A stretch of DNA of 20,000 nt from the IMG/VR virus record IMGVR_UViG_3300025467_000014, positions 54,881 through 74,880 of that record; one strand, 5' to 3'. Shown here one piece after another: positions 9,073 through 17,702 of the stretch. Numbering within the stretch: position 1 is the first letter of the stretch; the number at the start of each line of letters is the position of its first letter. Below the pieces are notes generated by a model. It saw only the letters and a list, made by a program, of their open reading frames with translations, was not told the origin of the DNA and did not search any database. This DNA is from an uncultured virus (IMG/VR IMGVR_UViG_3300025467_000014) (lineage: Duplodnaviria > Heunggongvirae > Uroviricota > Caudoviricetes). The translations under genes were made by a program, and so were the position numbers.

Positions 9073-10713
9073 ATGTCAAACCTTAGAATTTCTGAATTAG
9101 CTATATGTAATAATCCAGCAGCATGTGATCTTATACCTGTTGTAACTGGTAATTGTAGTACGACATCAAGAGTTTCCATCTCTGCTGCAGCTATAGCAAT
9201 TGGGAGTATATTAGGAACTCCAACTTTAGTACAGAGTGTTAGTGGATTTGTACCTGTTTTAGGTAATAATACATCATCAGGTTATTTTTCTAATGTTTTA
9301 GGTGGTAGATTAAACAGTGTTGGTGGTAATATATCAACAATTGTTAGCGGATTGAGTAATACTAATACCGGTCAATGTGCTACTATTGTTGGTGGTTGTT
9401 GTAACTATGTCTCTTCAAATCTTTCTTTTGTAGCTGGTGGTAATAATAATTGTATTACAGCTTCAGGTGTTGGTAATATAATTGGATCAGGTGCTAGTAA
9501 TTGTATTTACGGTGGTTCAGGATGCAGTGTTATTGGTGGTGGTACTTCAAACTGTATTAATACAAATGGTAATATTGTTGTAGCAGGCGGTAATTTAAAT
9601 GTAGGTACAGGTATAGCTGCTGCAATTCATGGTGGTGGACGTAATACAGTTTCTGGTAATTACTCATCCATAGGTGGTGGTAGTTGTAGTAATGTTTCCG
9701 GATGTTGTTCTAGTATTGTCGGTGGTCAGTGTAATGCAGTTACAAATAATGAATCATTTGTAGGTGGTGGTTGCTGTAATTGTATTACTTCTTTATATTC
9801 CGTTATAAACGGAGGTAATAATAATTTTGTTAATTCTAATAATTCAGTTATTGGTGGTGGTGCTAGTAATTGTGCATGCAATGTCTATACTTTTATTGGT
9901 GGTGGATCTACAAATTGTGCTGTAGGTGCTTGTAATATTATCGTAGGTGGTAGCTCTAACTGTAGTAGTGGAGCACATTCTGTTATCCTAGGTGGTACTA
10001 ACAATTGTAATACAAATAATTGTAGCTTTATTGTCGGTGCCAATATTCGCTCATCAGCTGATAACTTTACATTTGTAAATAACCTTTCCAGTCAAGGCAA
10101 AGTATATGATGGTACAGGTTGTTCCACTAATTGGAATAATGTTTATACTACAGTGGCTGGTAATAGTGGTAATTGGTTAGCAAGTGAAGTTTACAGTATT
10201 GTAAATACAAATAATATACAACCTGTATCTGGAGGTAATTCCGCTTCCGGTGGATATGCAAATATAGCTGGTGGACAGAACAATGTTATTAATTCTGGAG
10301 GTAGTTATAATGTAATTACTGGTGGTTTAAATAATTACATTTGTGGTAACATATCTACTGTAGGCTCTACCTTCATAGGTGGTGGTTATAATAATTATAT
10401 TGGTGGATTTGGATCATATTCAAGTATAGTCAATGGTTATAATAATTGTATTTGTGGTACTAATGGTAACGTACAATATTCCGCTATTCTTGGTGGGCAA
10501 AATAATCTTAATACAAATGCTAATAGTAATATTTTAGGATCTAATATTAAAACATCAGCTGATAATTACACATATGTTAATAATCTTTCAACAAGTGGTG
10601 GTGGTATAATTTCAACTAATAATATAACAACTACTAACCTTTCTGCCACTTGTGTTATATCTGCTAACTTAAATCAAAATATCGCAATCTCTGCACTCAT
10701 CTTCGGTGGATAA
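9073..10713 (+). CDS. Cys-rich beta-solenoid fibre protein (546 aa)
   Basis: N-terminal 'RISEL...DLIPVV' attachment-type motif. Two GG-x-x-N solenoid blocks are capped by N(F/Y)T(F/Y)VNNLS (10063-10089, 10564-10590), with one Trp-repeat unit at 10132-10176 and a hydrophobic C-terminus (NIAISALIFGG). About 29 Cys by manual count. Confidence 0.75.
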   Translation: MSNLRISELAICNNPAACDLIPVVTGNCSTTSRVSISAAAIAIGSILGTPTLVQSVSGFVPVLGNNTSSGYFSNVLGGRLNSVGGNISTIVSGLSNTNTGQCATIVGGCCNYVSSNLSFVAGGNNNCITASGVGNIIGSGASNCIYGGSGCSVIGGGTSNCINTNGNIVVAGGNLNVGTGIAAAIHGGGRNTVSGNYSSIGGGSCSNVSGCCSSIVGGQCNAVTNNESFVGGGCCNCITSLYSVINGGNNNFVNSNNSVIGGGASNCACNVYTFIGGGSTNCAVGACNIIVGGSSNCSSGAHSVILGGTNNCNTNNCSFIVGANIRSSADNFTFVNNLSSQGKVYDGTGCSTNWNNVYTTVAGNSGNWLASEVYSIVNTNNIQPVSGGNSASGGYANIAGGQNNVINSGGSYNVITGGLNNYICGNISTVGSTFIGGGYNNYIGGFGSYSSIVNGYNNCICGTNGNVQYSAILGGQNNLNTNANSNILGSNIKTSADNYTYVNNLSTSGGGIISTNNITTTNLSATCVISANLNQNIAISALIFGG

Positions 10714-10725
10714 AGTAAACAATCT

Positions 10726-10733
10726 TATAAATA
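10726..10733 (+). promoter_or_regulatory. T4 late promoter consensus TATAAATA
   Basis: Exact T4 gp55 consensus 9 nt before GTG 10743. Confidence 0.7.
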
Positions 10734-10742
10734 TAATAAACT

Positions 10743-13676
10743 GTGAAAACCGTTCTAGCCTCTAATTACTCTCCTATTTTTACACCTGGTGCTGCTAATG
10801 CCGGCACAATTAACTTCTCAGGTATACCTGGATTTGCTAATAATCGTTTAATGGCGATTATGGATCAAACACAGAATATTCTCATCTATGGAGAAGGTTT
10901 AACAGGTTACGGTGGTACTTGGGATACAACAGGAAAAATTTTAACCCTCACTGCTAGTACAGTATCATGTGCCTCTTCTGACTTACTTCAAGTAATTTTT
11001 GATTCACCCGCAATAACAACAACACCTGCTGAAGCACAATTTGATGCAATTAATAAACAGCGTGTAATCCAACCCCAATCATTAATTGATACTGACTTTG
11101 AATACGGTTTACAGCCAGCAAAATGGGAATTTTTAAATTTAAACAATAATCGCCCAACTGCGTTCTTTAATGCAGCTCTGCCATTAACAGTAGGTGTCCT
11201 CTCAGCAAACAACACACGTACAGTTACAGTTTCAACTAATACATATCCAGGTTCTGGTGTACCTATTTTCGTACAAGAATCATACGATCCGAACGCTAAT
11301 GGTTGGTTTTTAACAGATAGTGTTGGCGGTCAAGGAAATTGGTTTACCTATACTACAACAAATCAAACAACCGTAAGTGGCAATATTTTAAATGGTAGCA
11401 GAACGTATATTTATCCCGGTAATTTCTATACACAATCTGCAATACCTGTATCGCAAGCTGCTGGTGGCTTCTTAACATATACCTCAGGTACAACAACTTT
11501 AACAGGAACTACGTTATCAGCTCACGGCTTATCTGTTAATTCACCTATCTATATTGTCAATTGTACAACTGCAGCAGCTTATATATCTGCAATTAACGGA
11601 TCATTTAATGTTCTTACTACACCAACAGCTAATACATTTACATTTAATATTAGCTCTATCTTTAATGGTACAACAATTACAGCAACAGCAGGTTTAACAG
11701 GAGCATTATTTGCTAGACCAAATGGATATGCTATTCACCGTTCTTATGATGGTGGTGTATTTTTTACCTGTGGTGCAGTCGCACCTAATACACAAGCTAT
11801 TAGACAGACCCGTCGTTATTTCAGATATCAAGCTGGCAAGGGAATATCATTTAGCACAGGTACTATTCTTAAGCCTGCAATGTTTGTTGATTCATTGACA
11901 GCTAATGTACCCGGTGGTTCATTAACAAATTCTATAACAGCTACAGTTAAGTTTCCATCAGGCGTTACTACTTACGATAATGTTCTTATTAATGTTAGTG
12001 GTGTAACAAATGATCCTAATTATAACGGTACAAACTTACCTGTAACAGCTACTATTAATCCAAATGTATTTGTCTATACAGCACCATCAATACCAACTAT
12101 TTCATATGGTGTAGGTACACCAATTACCATTACACCTAATTCTTGGTATGGTCAAACATCTAGAATTGGAATGTTTGATTCACAGAATGGAGTATTTTTT
12201 GAACATGATGGTCAGACTCTTTCCGTAGTACGTCGTAGTAGTACAACTATTTTACAAGGAACAGGTATCCTTACACAAAATACCAATATACTCTCAGGCG
12301 TAGGTACTTACTTCACTCAACAATTAGTCCCAGGTTCGTTTATTGTATTAAGAGGACAGAGTTATAGAGTACTATCTATTCCTAGTGATACCCAGCTTAC
12401 AATGTCACCTGAGTATAGAGGTGTAAGTGAAACAGGTGGAGTTATTATTGCAAAGACAATTGATTTAAAGATTCCTCAAAGTCAATGGAATCTCGATAAA
12501 ATGGATGGTACGGGTCCTAGTGGATATACTATTGACTTAACGAAAATGCAAATGTTCTGTATTGATTATTCTTGGTATGGTGCAGGATTTATTCGATGGG
12601 GATTACGTGCTGCTGACGGTAGTTATACCTATTGTCATAAAATGTTAAACAATAATGTTAATACAGTCGCGTACATGCGTGCTGGTAATCTACCTGCACG
12701 TTATGAAGAGAATACAATTCAACCAATTACAACAATCACAGGTACAGTTAACTCCAGCGACACAGTAGTCAATGTAGCAAATGTTTCTGGATTTCCTCCC
12801 TCTGGAACAGCACGCATTATGGCACCTGGGTCCACTGGTGTAATAGAATATATTACATATGGTAGTACACAAAGTAGCGGTGGTTTAACAGCATTGAAAT
12901 CAGTAACAAGAGGCGTATTCGGTGGTAGCCAAGCTACAACATTTACATACAACGCCGCAGCCCCTATAGCTGTTGAATTAGCTGGAGCACCACCAGCAGC
13001 AGCTCTTAGCCATTGGGGCTCAAGTGTTATCATGGAAGGTCAGTATCAAACAGATCTTGTCTATTCTTTTAATACAGGCTCTCAGGATGCTGGTACAGCA
13101 TCCTTATCAGCAATTACAACAGTAGCACCTAACGTAACAGTTCCATTATTGAGTATTCGACTTGCACCTAGTGTTGATTCAGGTAAGACCGGTCTTCTTG
13201 GAGCCAAGGAAGTCATTAACAGAATGCAGCTCAAGTTACAGAGCATGGATGCAATAACAAACGGATTATTTAGATTGAGTCTAGTTCTCAACGGTAATAT
13301 ATATACCAATCAACCTTGGGTACCAGTAACAAATCCTGGTACTACTATTAACTCAAGTTTAGCTCAGGTTTGTTATCATTCTAATAATGTTTTTGGTACT
13401 TCAATAAAAGATACATTATCAGGTGGTGAATCAATCTTTGGTTTCTATACTGCTTCTAACTCAAATACAGGTTATAATGAAACAACATACGATCTTACAT
13501 CAGTAAGAGATCTCGGAACATCTGCTATCGGTGGCGGTACTAACTCCATACCATCAAATAATGGCTATAATGTATATCCGGATGGACCTGACGTTGTAAC
13601 TGTTCTTGCTACAAATCTCGGTACAACCACTCAGGGTATTGGTGTAAGATTATCTTGGGCTGAATCACAGTCTTAA
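10743..13676 (+). CDS. Large virion structural protein (977 aa) of a type seen in T4-like/freshwater phages
   Basis: GTG start 9 nt after a perfect TATAAATA. Conserved-looking motifs 'KQRV..PQSLIDTDFEYG.QP.KWE', 'RQTRRYFRYQ.GKG', 'IDYSWYGAG.IRWG' and 'SHWGSSVIMEG' are recalled from phage structural proteins. There is an inserted 'HGL....IYI...NG.F.V...TFTF' small beta-barrel (E1-FCCH-like) repeat. Confidence 0.7.
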   Translation: MKTVLASNYSPIFTPGAANAGTINFSGIPGFANNRLMAIMDQTQNILIYGEGLTGYGGTWDTTGKILTLTASTVSCASSDLLQVIFDSPAITTTPAEAQFDAINKQRVIQPQSLIDTDFEYGLQPAKWEFLNLNNNRPTAFFNAALPLTVGVLSANNTRTVTVSTNTYPGSGVPIFVQESYDPNANGWFLTDSVGGQGNWFTYTTTNQTTVSGNILNGSRTYIYPGNFYTQSAIPVSQAAGGFLTYTSGTTTLTGTTLSAHGLSVNSPIYIVNCTTAAAYISAINGSFNVLTTPTANTFTFNISSIFNGTTITATAGLTGALFARPNGYAIHRSYDGGVFFTCGAVAPNTQAIRQTRRYFRYQAGKGISFSTGTILKPAMFVDSLTANVPGGSLTNSITATVKFPSGVTTYDNVLINVSGVTNDPNYNGTNLPVTATINPNVFVYTAPSIPTISYGVGTPITITPNSWYGQTSRIGMFDSQNGVFFEHDGQTLSVVRRSSTTILQGTGILTQNTNILSGVGTYFTQQLVPGSFIVLRGQSYRVLSIPSDTQLTMSPEYRGVSETGGVIIAKTIDLKIPQSQWNLDKMDGTGPSGYTIDLTKMQMFCIDYSWYGAGFIRWGLRAADGSYTYCHKMLNNNVNTVAYMRAGNLPARYEENTIQPITTITGTVNSSDTVVNVANVSGFPPSGTARIMAPGSTGVIEYITYGSTQSSGGLTALKSVTRGVFGGSQATTFTYNAAAPIAVELAGAPPAAALSHWGSSVIMEGQYQTDLVYSFNTGSQDAGTASLSAITTVAPNVTVPLLSIRLAPSVDSGKTGLLGAKEVINRMQLKLQSMDAITNGLFRLSLVLNGNIYTNQPWVPVTNPGTTINSSLAQVCYHSNNVFGTSIKDTLSGGESIFGFYTASNSNTGYNETTYDLTSVRDLGTSAIGGGTNSIPSNNGYNVYPDGPDVVTVLATNLGTTTQGIGVRLSWAESQS

Positions 13677-13684
13677 TTTTCTTC

Positions 13685-13712
13685 TTGCAGTATTTTTAGA
13701 TTCCTATATTAT
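13685..13712 (+). promoter_or_regulatory. sigma70-type (early) promoter TTGCAG-N16-TATTAT
   Basis: The -10 box ends 6 nt before ATG 13719. Confidence 0.55.
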
Positions 13713-13718
13713 TGTGGA

Positions 13719-13979
13719 ATGATTAATACCTGCCGTACCTGTGATAATACAATTGAAGCCGAGCGTCTAGAAATTCTTCCTAATACCCTATTCTGCGCAG
13801 CTTGTGCGAATAAGCATAATATTGTTAAGCCTAGGAAGGGAGTTATGTGCTATGGTCATAAGACCGGGGGAGAAATTCAAATCATGTCCGCAGATCTTTA
13901 CGAAAGAGAGAAGCAATACTACGTACCGAATGGGGCGAGAAGTGTAATGAAGAATTTTAGTAAGAGTATCTGCGCTTAA
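13719..13979 (+). CDS. TraR/DksA-type C4 zinc-finger protein (86 aa)
   Basis: CRTC-DNT-IEAERLEILPNTLF-CAAC matches the DksA/TraR finger CxxC-x3-I-x3-RL-x3-P-x4-CxxC. It lacks the N-terminal acidic coiled-coil tip. Confidence 0.8.
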   Translation: MINTCRTCDNTIEAERLEILPNTLFCAACANKHNIVKPRKGVMCYGHKTGGEIQIMSADLYEREKQYYVPNGARSVMKNFSKSICA

Positions 13980-13982
13980 TTC

Positions 13983-14011
13983 TTGCTATTTCCTAAAAAA
14001 TATACAATAAT
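13983..14011 (+). promoter_or_regulatory. sigma70-type (early) promoter TTGCTA-N17-AATAAT
   Basis: The -10 box ends 6 nt before ATG 14018; same TCTTGC context as the other early motifs. Confidence 0.5.
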
Positions 14012-14017
14012 AGAATT

Positions 14018-14218
14018 ATGACAATTAAATCTCTAGATGGCTTTACTGTTGATCAACTTAAAAATGCTCTTATTGCTGTACGTTCAGAGGCCGATAAGAA
14101 TATGAGTGAGCTCATTAAGGCGAGAAAGGAAATTAAAGATTTAACTAAACGTTTTAATAATTTTGAACAGGATCGAGTAGAAGTTACAACAAATAATCAT
14201 CGCTTTTCTATTCATTGA
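14018..14218 (+). CDS. Hypothetical small coiled-coil protein (66 aa)
   Basis: Fills the gap between two genes, has its own TTGCTA promoter-like motif 35 nt upstream and shows a heptad-like charged helix. Confidence 0.65.
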   Translation: MTIKSLDGFTVDQLKNALIAVRSEADKNMSELIKARKEIKDLTKRFNNFEQDRVEVTTNNHRFSIH

Positions 14219-14234
14219 TTTGTTATTATAGATT

Positions 14235-14242
14235 TATAAATA
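14235..14242 (+). promoter_or_regulatory. T4 late promoter consensus TATAAATA upstream of clpC
   Basis: Exact consensus 10 nt before GTG 14253. Confidence 0.7.
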
Positions 14243-14252
14243 AACTTAATCT

Positions 14253-16718
14253 GTGAATAATTTAACACCAAGAGCACAGCAAGCTCTAGCCCTTGCAAAG
14301 AAAGAAGCCGAGCGACTAGAGAGTGGCTATGTTGGTACAGAGCATATCCTTTTGGGTATTCTTCGACTTAATCAAGGTCTTGCTGTTAATGTATTAAAGA
14401 AAATTGTTTCAGATGTTAGTATAATCTTTGAAGAGATTGAAAAGCACGCTGCAGGCAATGCAAAAAAGTTACCCTCTATCATTTACTCTCCTCGTGCTAA
14501 CAAAGTACTTGTTCTAGCTGGAAGAGAAGCCAAGGCTCTCGGTCATACTTATATTGGTACTGAACATCTTCTTCTTGGTCTTATTAAAGAAAAAGATGGA
14601 ATGGCAGCTACTATTCTACATAAACTCAATGTTGATCTTAATATTGTACGTCAGGAAATTGTAAATGAATTAAATCCTTCTGTTCTTCCTTTTGATGAAG
14701 ATGAAGATGAAGATGATGACAAGTATCAATCTGTAGGTGCTGGTAGTAAGGGAAGTAAAACAGATAGTAAGACACCAGCTTTAGATGTATTTGCAAGAGA
14801 TATTACAAAACTTGCTAAAGAGAATAAACTTGATCCTGTTGTAGGACGTGAGCGAGAGATTGAACGAATGATTCAAATTCTCTGTCGTCGTAGTAAGAAC
14901 AATCCTGTTTTAATTGGTGAAGCAGGTGTAGGTAAAACTGCTATTGTGGAAGGACTTGCACAAAGAATTGTACAGGAAGAAGTACCATCAATTATTGCTA
15001 ACAAAAAGATTCTAGCATTAGATCTTACTCTTATGGTTGCTGGTACAAAGTATCGTGGTCAATTTGAAGAACGTATTAAAACAGTAATGCAGGAGGTAAA
15101 GACGAGGGGAGATGTTATTCTCTTTATTGATGAACTACATACAATGGTAGGAGCAGGTTCAGCAGAGGGTACAATGGATGCTTCTAATATTCTTAAGCCT
15201 GCACTTAGTCGCGGAGAGATTCAATGTATTGGTGCTACTACATTTAACGAGTATAGAAAGTATATTGAGAAAGATCAGGCCTTAGAACGACGATTTCAAT
15301 CAATTACTGTTAATCCACCAACAGTAGAACAAGCTGTTCAGATTCTCAGTGGACTTCGTCAACGATATGAAGTCCATCATGGTGTCATTATACCAGATAC
15401 TGTTATTAAGGAAATGGTTAAATGTTCAGATCGTTATCTTCCTTCACGTTTTCTACCTGATAAGGCTATAGACATTATGGATGAAACAGGATCGAGAGCT
15501 AGAATTTCAGCTCTTTCTACTTCAGAGGAAGTTGTTAATCTTAATAACCAAATTAAAGAAATCGTAATAGAAAAGGAACGTCTTGTAGCTAATCAAGAGT
15601 TTGAACAAGCAGCAAAGGCTCGTGATAAAGAACAGAGTTTGATTGTTAAACGTGATAAGGCTAAGAAGGAATGGGTTGAGAAGAGAGAACATGCTGATAT
15701 TATTCTTGATCGTGAAGATGTATTAACAACTCTATCCACAATTACTGGTATTCCTCTTAATGAACTTAGAGAGTCTGGTAAGGAAGAGCTTCTTCGATTG
15801 GAAGAAACACTATCTAAAACAATTATTGGACAGAATGAAGCTATTAAAGAAGTCTCACGTATTCTTAAGAAAGGTAGACTTGATCTTAAAGACCCAAAAC
15901 GTCCTACAGGTTCCTTTATATTCTTTGGACCTACTGGTGTCGGAAAAACTTATCTAGCTCAAACTATCGCTGATATTGTCTATAAGAACAAAGATGCTCT
16001 TATTAAGATTGATATGTCAGAGTATATGGAAAAGTTTGCTCTCTCTAGACTTATTGGCTCACCTCCAGGTTATGTTGGGTATGGAGAGGGAGGTCAATTA
16101 ACAGAAAAGATTCGTCGTAATCCATATAGTGTAGTATTGTTGGATGAGGTTGAGAAGGCTCATCCTGATGTACTTCATCTTTTACTTCAAGTCTTAGAGG
16201 ATGGTACATTAACTGATGGAGAAGGTCGTAAGGTAGACTTCAGACATACAGTTATTATTATGACATCCAATCTTGGTGCCGAGGCTTTAACTAGTACAAA
16301 GGATAAATCTATGGGATTTAATGCTCATAAGCTTCCTAATGGTAAGTCGAGTTCAAGAGAGAGTGTAATTGAGGAAGCAAAGAAACACTTTAAACCAGAA
16401 CTCTTAAACCGTATTGATGGGTTGATTGTCTTTAATAAGCTAGAAAATGATAGTATTAAGAAGGTTATTGCTCTTGAAGTCAATAAAGTTCTTAGTCGTA
16501 TTGAACAGAATCATAAACTTACTCTTACTGTAAATAATGATGTACTTGACTACTTGGTAGAATCAAAGTATGATAAACAATACGGAGCTAGAGGTATTCG
16601 TCGATTGGTAGAGCACGAGATTGAAGACTTTCTTGCTGAAGAGTTATTAAAGAATAACCTTAAGAACAAATATAAGATTGGTCTTAAGGATAAAGTAATT
16701 ACAATTTTAAAGAAATAA
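14253..16718 (+). CDS. clpC: ATP-dependent Clp protease ATP-binding subunit ClpC (821 aa)
   Basis: Two Clp-N repeats (GTEHILLG / GTEHLLLG), Walker A1 GEAGVGKT (14916-14939), pore loop GTKYRGQFE and Walker B LFIDELH. A short UVR-type middle domain ([13 protein letters not shown]) is followed by Walker A2 GPTGVGKT (15927-15950), the GYVG pore loop, [12 protein letters not shown], the ClpP-docking tripeptide MGF (16311-16319) and YGARGIRR. Confidence 0.95.
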   Translation: MNNLTPRAQQALALAKKEAERLESGYVGTEHILLGILRLNQGLAVNVLKKIVSDVSIIFEEIEKHAAGNAKKLPSIIYSPRANKVLVLAGREAKALGHTYIGTEHLLLGLIKEKDGMAATILHKLNVDLNIVRQEIVNELNPSVLPFDEDEDEDDDKYQSVGAGSKGSKTDSKTPALDVFARDITKLAKENKLDPVVGREREIERMIQILCRRSKNNPVLIGEAGVGKTAIVEGLAQRIVQEEVPSIIANKKILALDLTLMVAGTKYRGQFEERIKTVMQEVKTRGDVILFIDELHTMVGAGSAEGTMDASNILKPALSRGEIQCIGATTFNEYRKYIEKDQALERRFQSITVNPPTVEQAVQILSGLRQRYEVHHGVIIPDTVIKEMVKCSDRYLPSRFLPDKAIDIMDETGSRARISALSTSEEVVNLNNQIKEIVIEKERLVANQEFEQAAKARDKEQSLIVKRDKAKKEWVEKREHADIILDREDVLTTLSTITGIPLNELRESGKEELLRLEETLSKTIIGQNEAIKEVSRILKKGRLDLKDPKRPTGSFIFFGPTGVGKTYLAQTIADIVYKNKDALIKIDMSEYMEKFALSRLIGSPPGYVGYGEGGQLTEKIRRNPYSVVLLDEVEKAHPDVLHLLLQVLEDGTLTDGEGRKVDFRHTVIIMTSNLGAEALTSTKDKSMGFNAHKLPNGKSSSRESVIEEAKKHFKPELLNRIDGLIVFNKLENDSIKKVIALEVNKVLSRIEQNHKLTLTVNNDVLDYLVESKYDKQYGARGIRRLVEHEIEDFLAEELLKNNLKNKYKIGLKDKVITILKK

Positions 16719-16721
16719 TTC

Positions 16722-16750
16722 TTGCATCTTCATATAATTCTTATTATTAT
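16722..16750 (+). promoter_or_regulatory. sigma70-type (early) promoter TTGCAT-N17-TATTAT
   Basis: Directly after the clpC stop; AATTCTTGC context identical to 13978-13986. Confidence 0.6.
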
Positions 16751-16794
16751 ATATTTCTCAATAATGAACCAAAATACAAATACAAAATAACACC

Positions 16795-17106
16795 ATGACA
16801 GTCAAAGAATATCTTAATGATGTATTTCTCCTCGATAGCGTACAGAACGATATCGAATTTTATAAACTAGCAGTTCAAGGCAAAGGAGAACTTATTGCCG
16901 AGTATACTTCTATAGACGGATCTGTAAATCTTATTCATACAGATAGAAGTGGAAGGTATTTCAATTACTTTATTGCTTCTCTTAATGAGCTTCGGGAAAC
17001 AGTTGATTACTGTCTCGGACCTATTGTTACCGATAATCAATGGCAGAAAGCAACAACTAGTACTATTAATATTGAAGATGGTGAAGATTGGGATCTTATT
17101 GATTAA
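16795..17106 (+). CDS. Hypothetical acidic protein (103 aa)
   Basis: ORF with plausible composition downstream of a TTGCAT-N17-TATTAT promoter-like motif. No family recognised. Confidence 0.65.
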   Translation: MTVKEYLNDVFLLDSVQNDIEFYKLAVQGKGELIAEYTSIDGSVNLIHTDRSGRYFNYFIASLNELRETVDYCLGPIVTDNQWQKATTSTINIEDGEDWDLID

Positions 17107-17119
17107 CCCTTAAAACTAG

Positions 17120-17147
17120 TTGCTTTAATCTATCTAAATTGTAAATA
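17120..17147 (+). promoter_or_regulatory. Possible composite promoter: TTGCTT -35 plus TAAATA box
   Basis: TTGCTT begins 34 nt before ATG 17154, and TAAATA (17142-17147) ends 6 nt before it. Confidence 0.45.
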
Positions 17148-17153
17148 CTCTAT

Positions 17154-17357
17154 ATGACAAAACCAGCAGCAACAACCGACGAAGCTCTAGCTAGCCTTCA
17201 GCTTCAGATTAACACCCTCAATGAAACCATTGCAGGTCTTCAAAAGAACATTCTTGTTCTTGATACAAATCTTCAGAAGATTTACAGCGCCTTTAATACT
17301 CAGGTAGTAAAGAAGCCAGTAGCACAGCCTCCTCTTCCTAACGGCGGCTGGTTGTAA
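17154..17357 (+). CDS. Hypothetical coiled-coil protein (67 aa)
   Basis: Leu/Ile heptads (LASLQLQINTLNETIAGLQKNILVL) and a Pro-rich tail. Promoter motifs lie directly upstream. Confidence 0.65.
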   Translation: MTKPAATTDEALASLQLQINTLNETIAGLQKNILVLDTNLQKIYSAFNTQVVKKPVAQPPLPNGGWL

Positions 17358-17359
17358 GA

Positions 17360-17698
17360 ATGAAGCAGGTATCAATTAGATATACTGAGATACCTGGTAA
17401 CAATTACCCCTGGTCATCCATTGAGGAACTCGATGAGATGGCCGGGGTTTATTATCGGTCAACTGTTCTCTTTCCTGGTAAACAAGATTTTGAAAAAATC
17501 TATGATATTATCTATCCTGAAAAACTTGAACAGTTTTTAACTAAAAACAGCGAGTACATTGCTGAGTACTATTATAAAGAAGAGGGTTTTGATCTTCCGG
17601 ATAGAACTAAAGTACAAAAAATAGATGTAAAGATGGATGATCCTGAAGATATTGCAAAGGGTCTTGAGGATGCTATAACGAGAACAACTAATATATAA
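17360..17698 (+). CDS. Hypothetical protein (112 aa)
   Basis: Starts 2 nt after the previous stop (translational coupling). Typical acidic phage-protein composition. Confidence 0.65.
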   Translation: MKQVSIRYTEIPGNNYPWSSIEELDEMAGVYYRSTVLFPGKQDFEKIYDIIYPEKLEQFLTKNSEYIAEYYYKEEGFDLPDRTKVQKIDVKMDDPEDIAKGLEDAITRTTNI

Positions 17699-17702
17699 TA
17701 TT

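Noticed and set aside
3..10713. Bacterial trimeric autotransporter adhesins or an S-layer locus
   Set aside because: No signal peptides in the complete genes and no C-terminal YadA-type beta-barrel anchor. T4-type late motifs and phage-type LamG and fibre motifs favour a virion origin.
14253..16718. ClpB or ClpA assignment, or an intein in the Clp ATPase
   Set aside because: The middle domain is short and UVR-like (not ClpB's long M-domain, and not absent as in ClpA), an MGF ClpP loop is present, and 821 aa is normal ClpC length.
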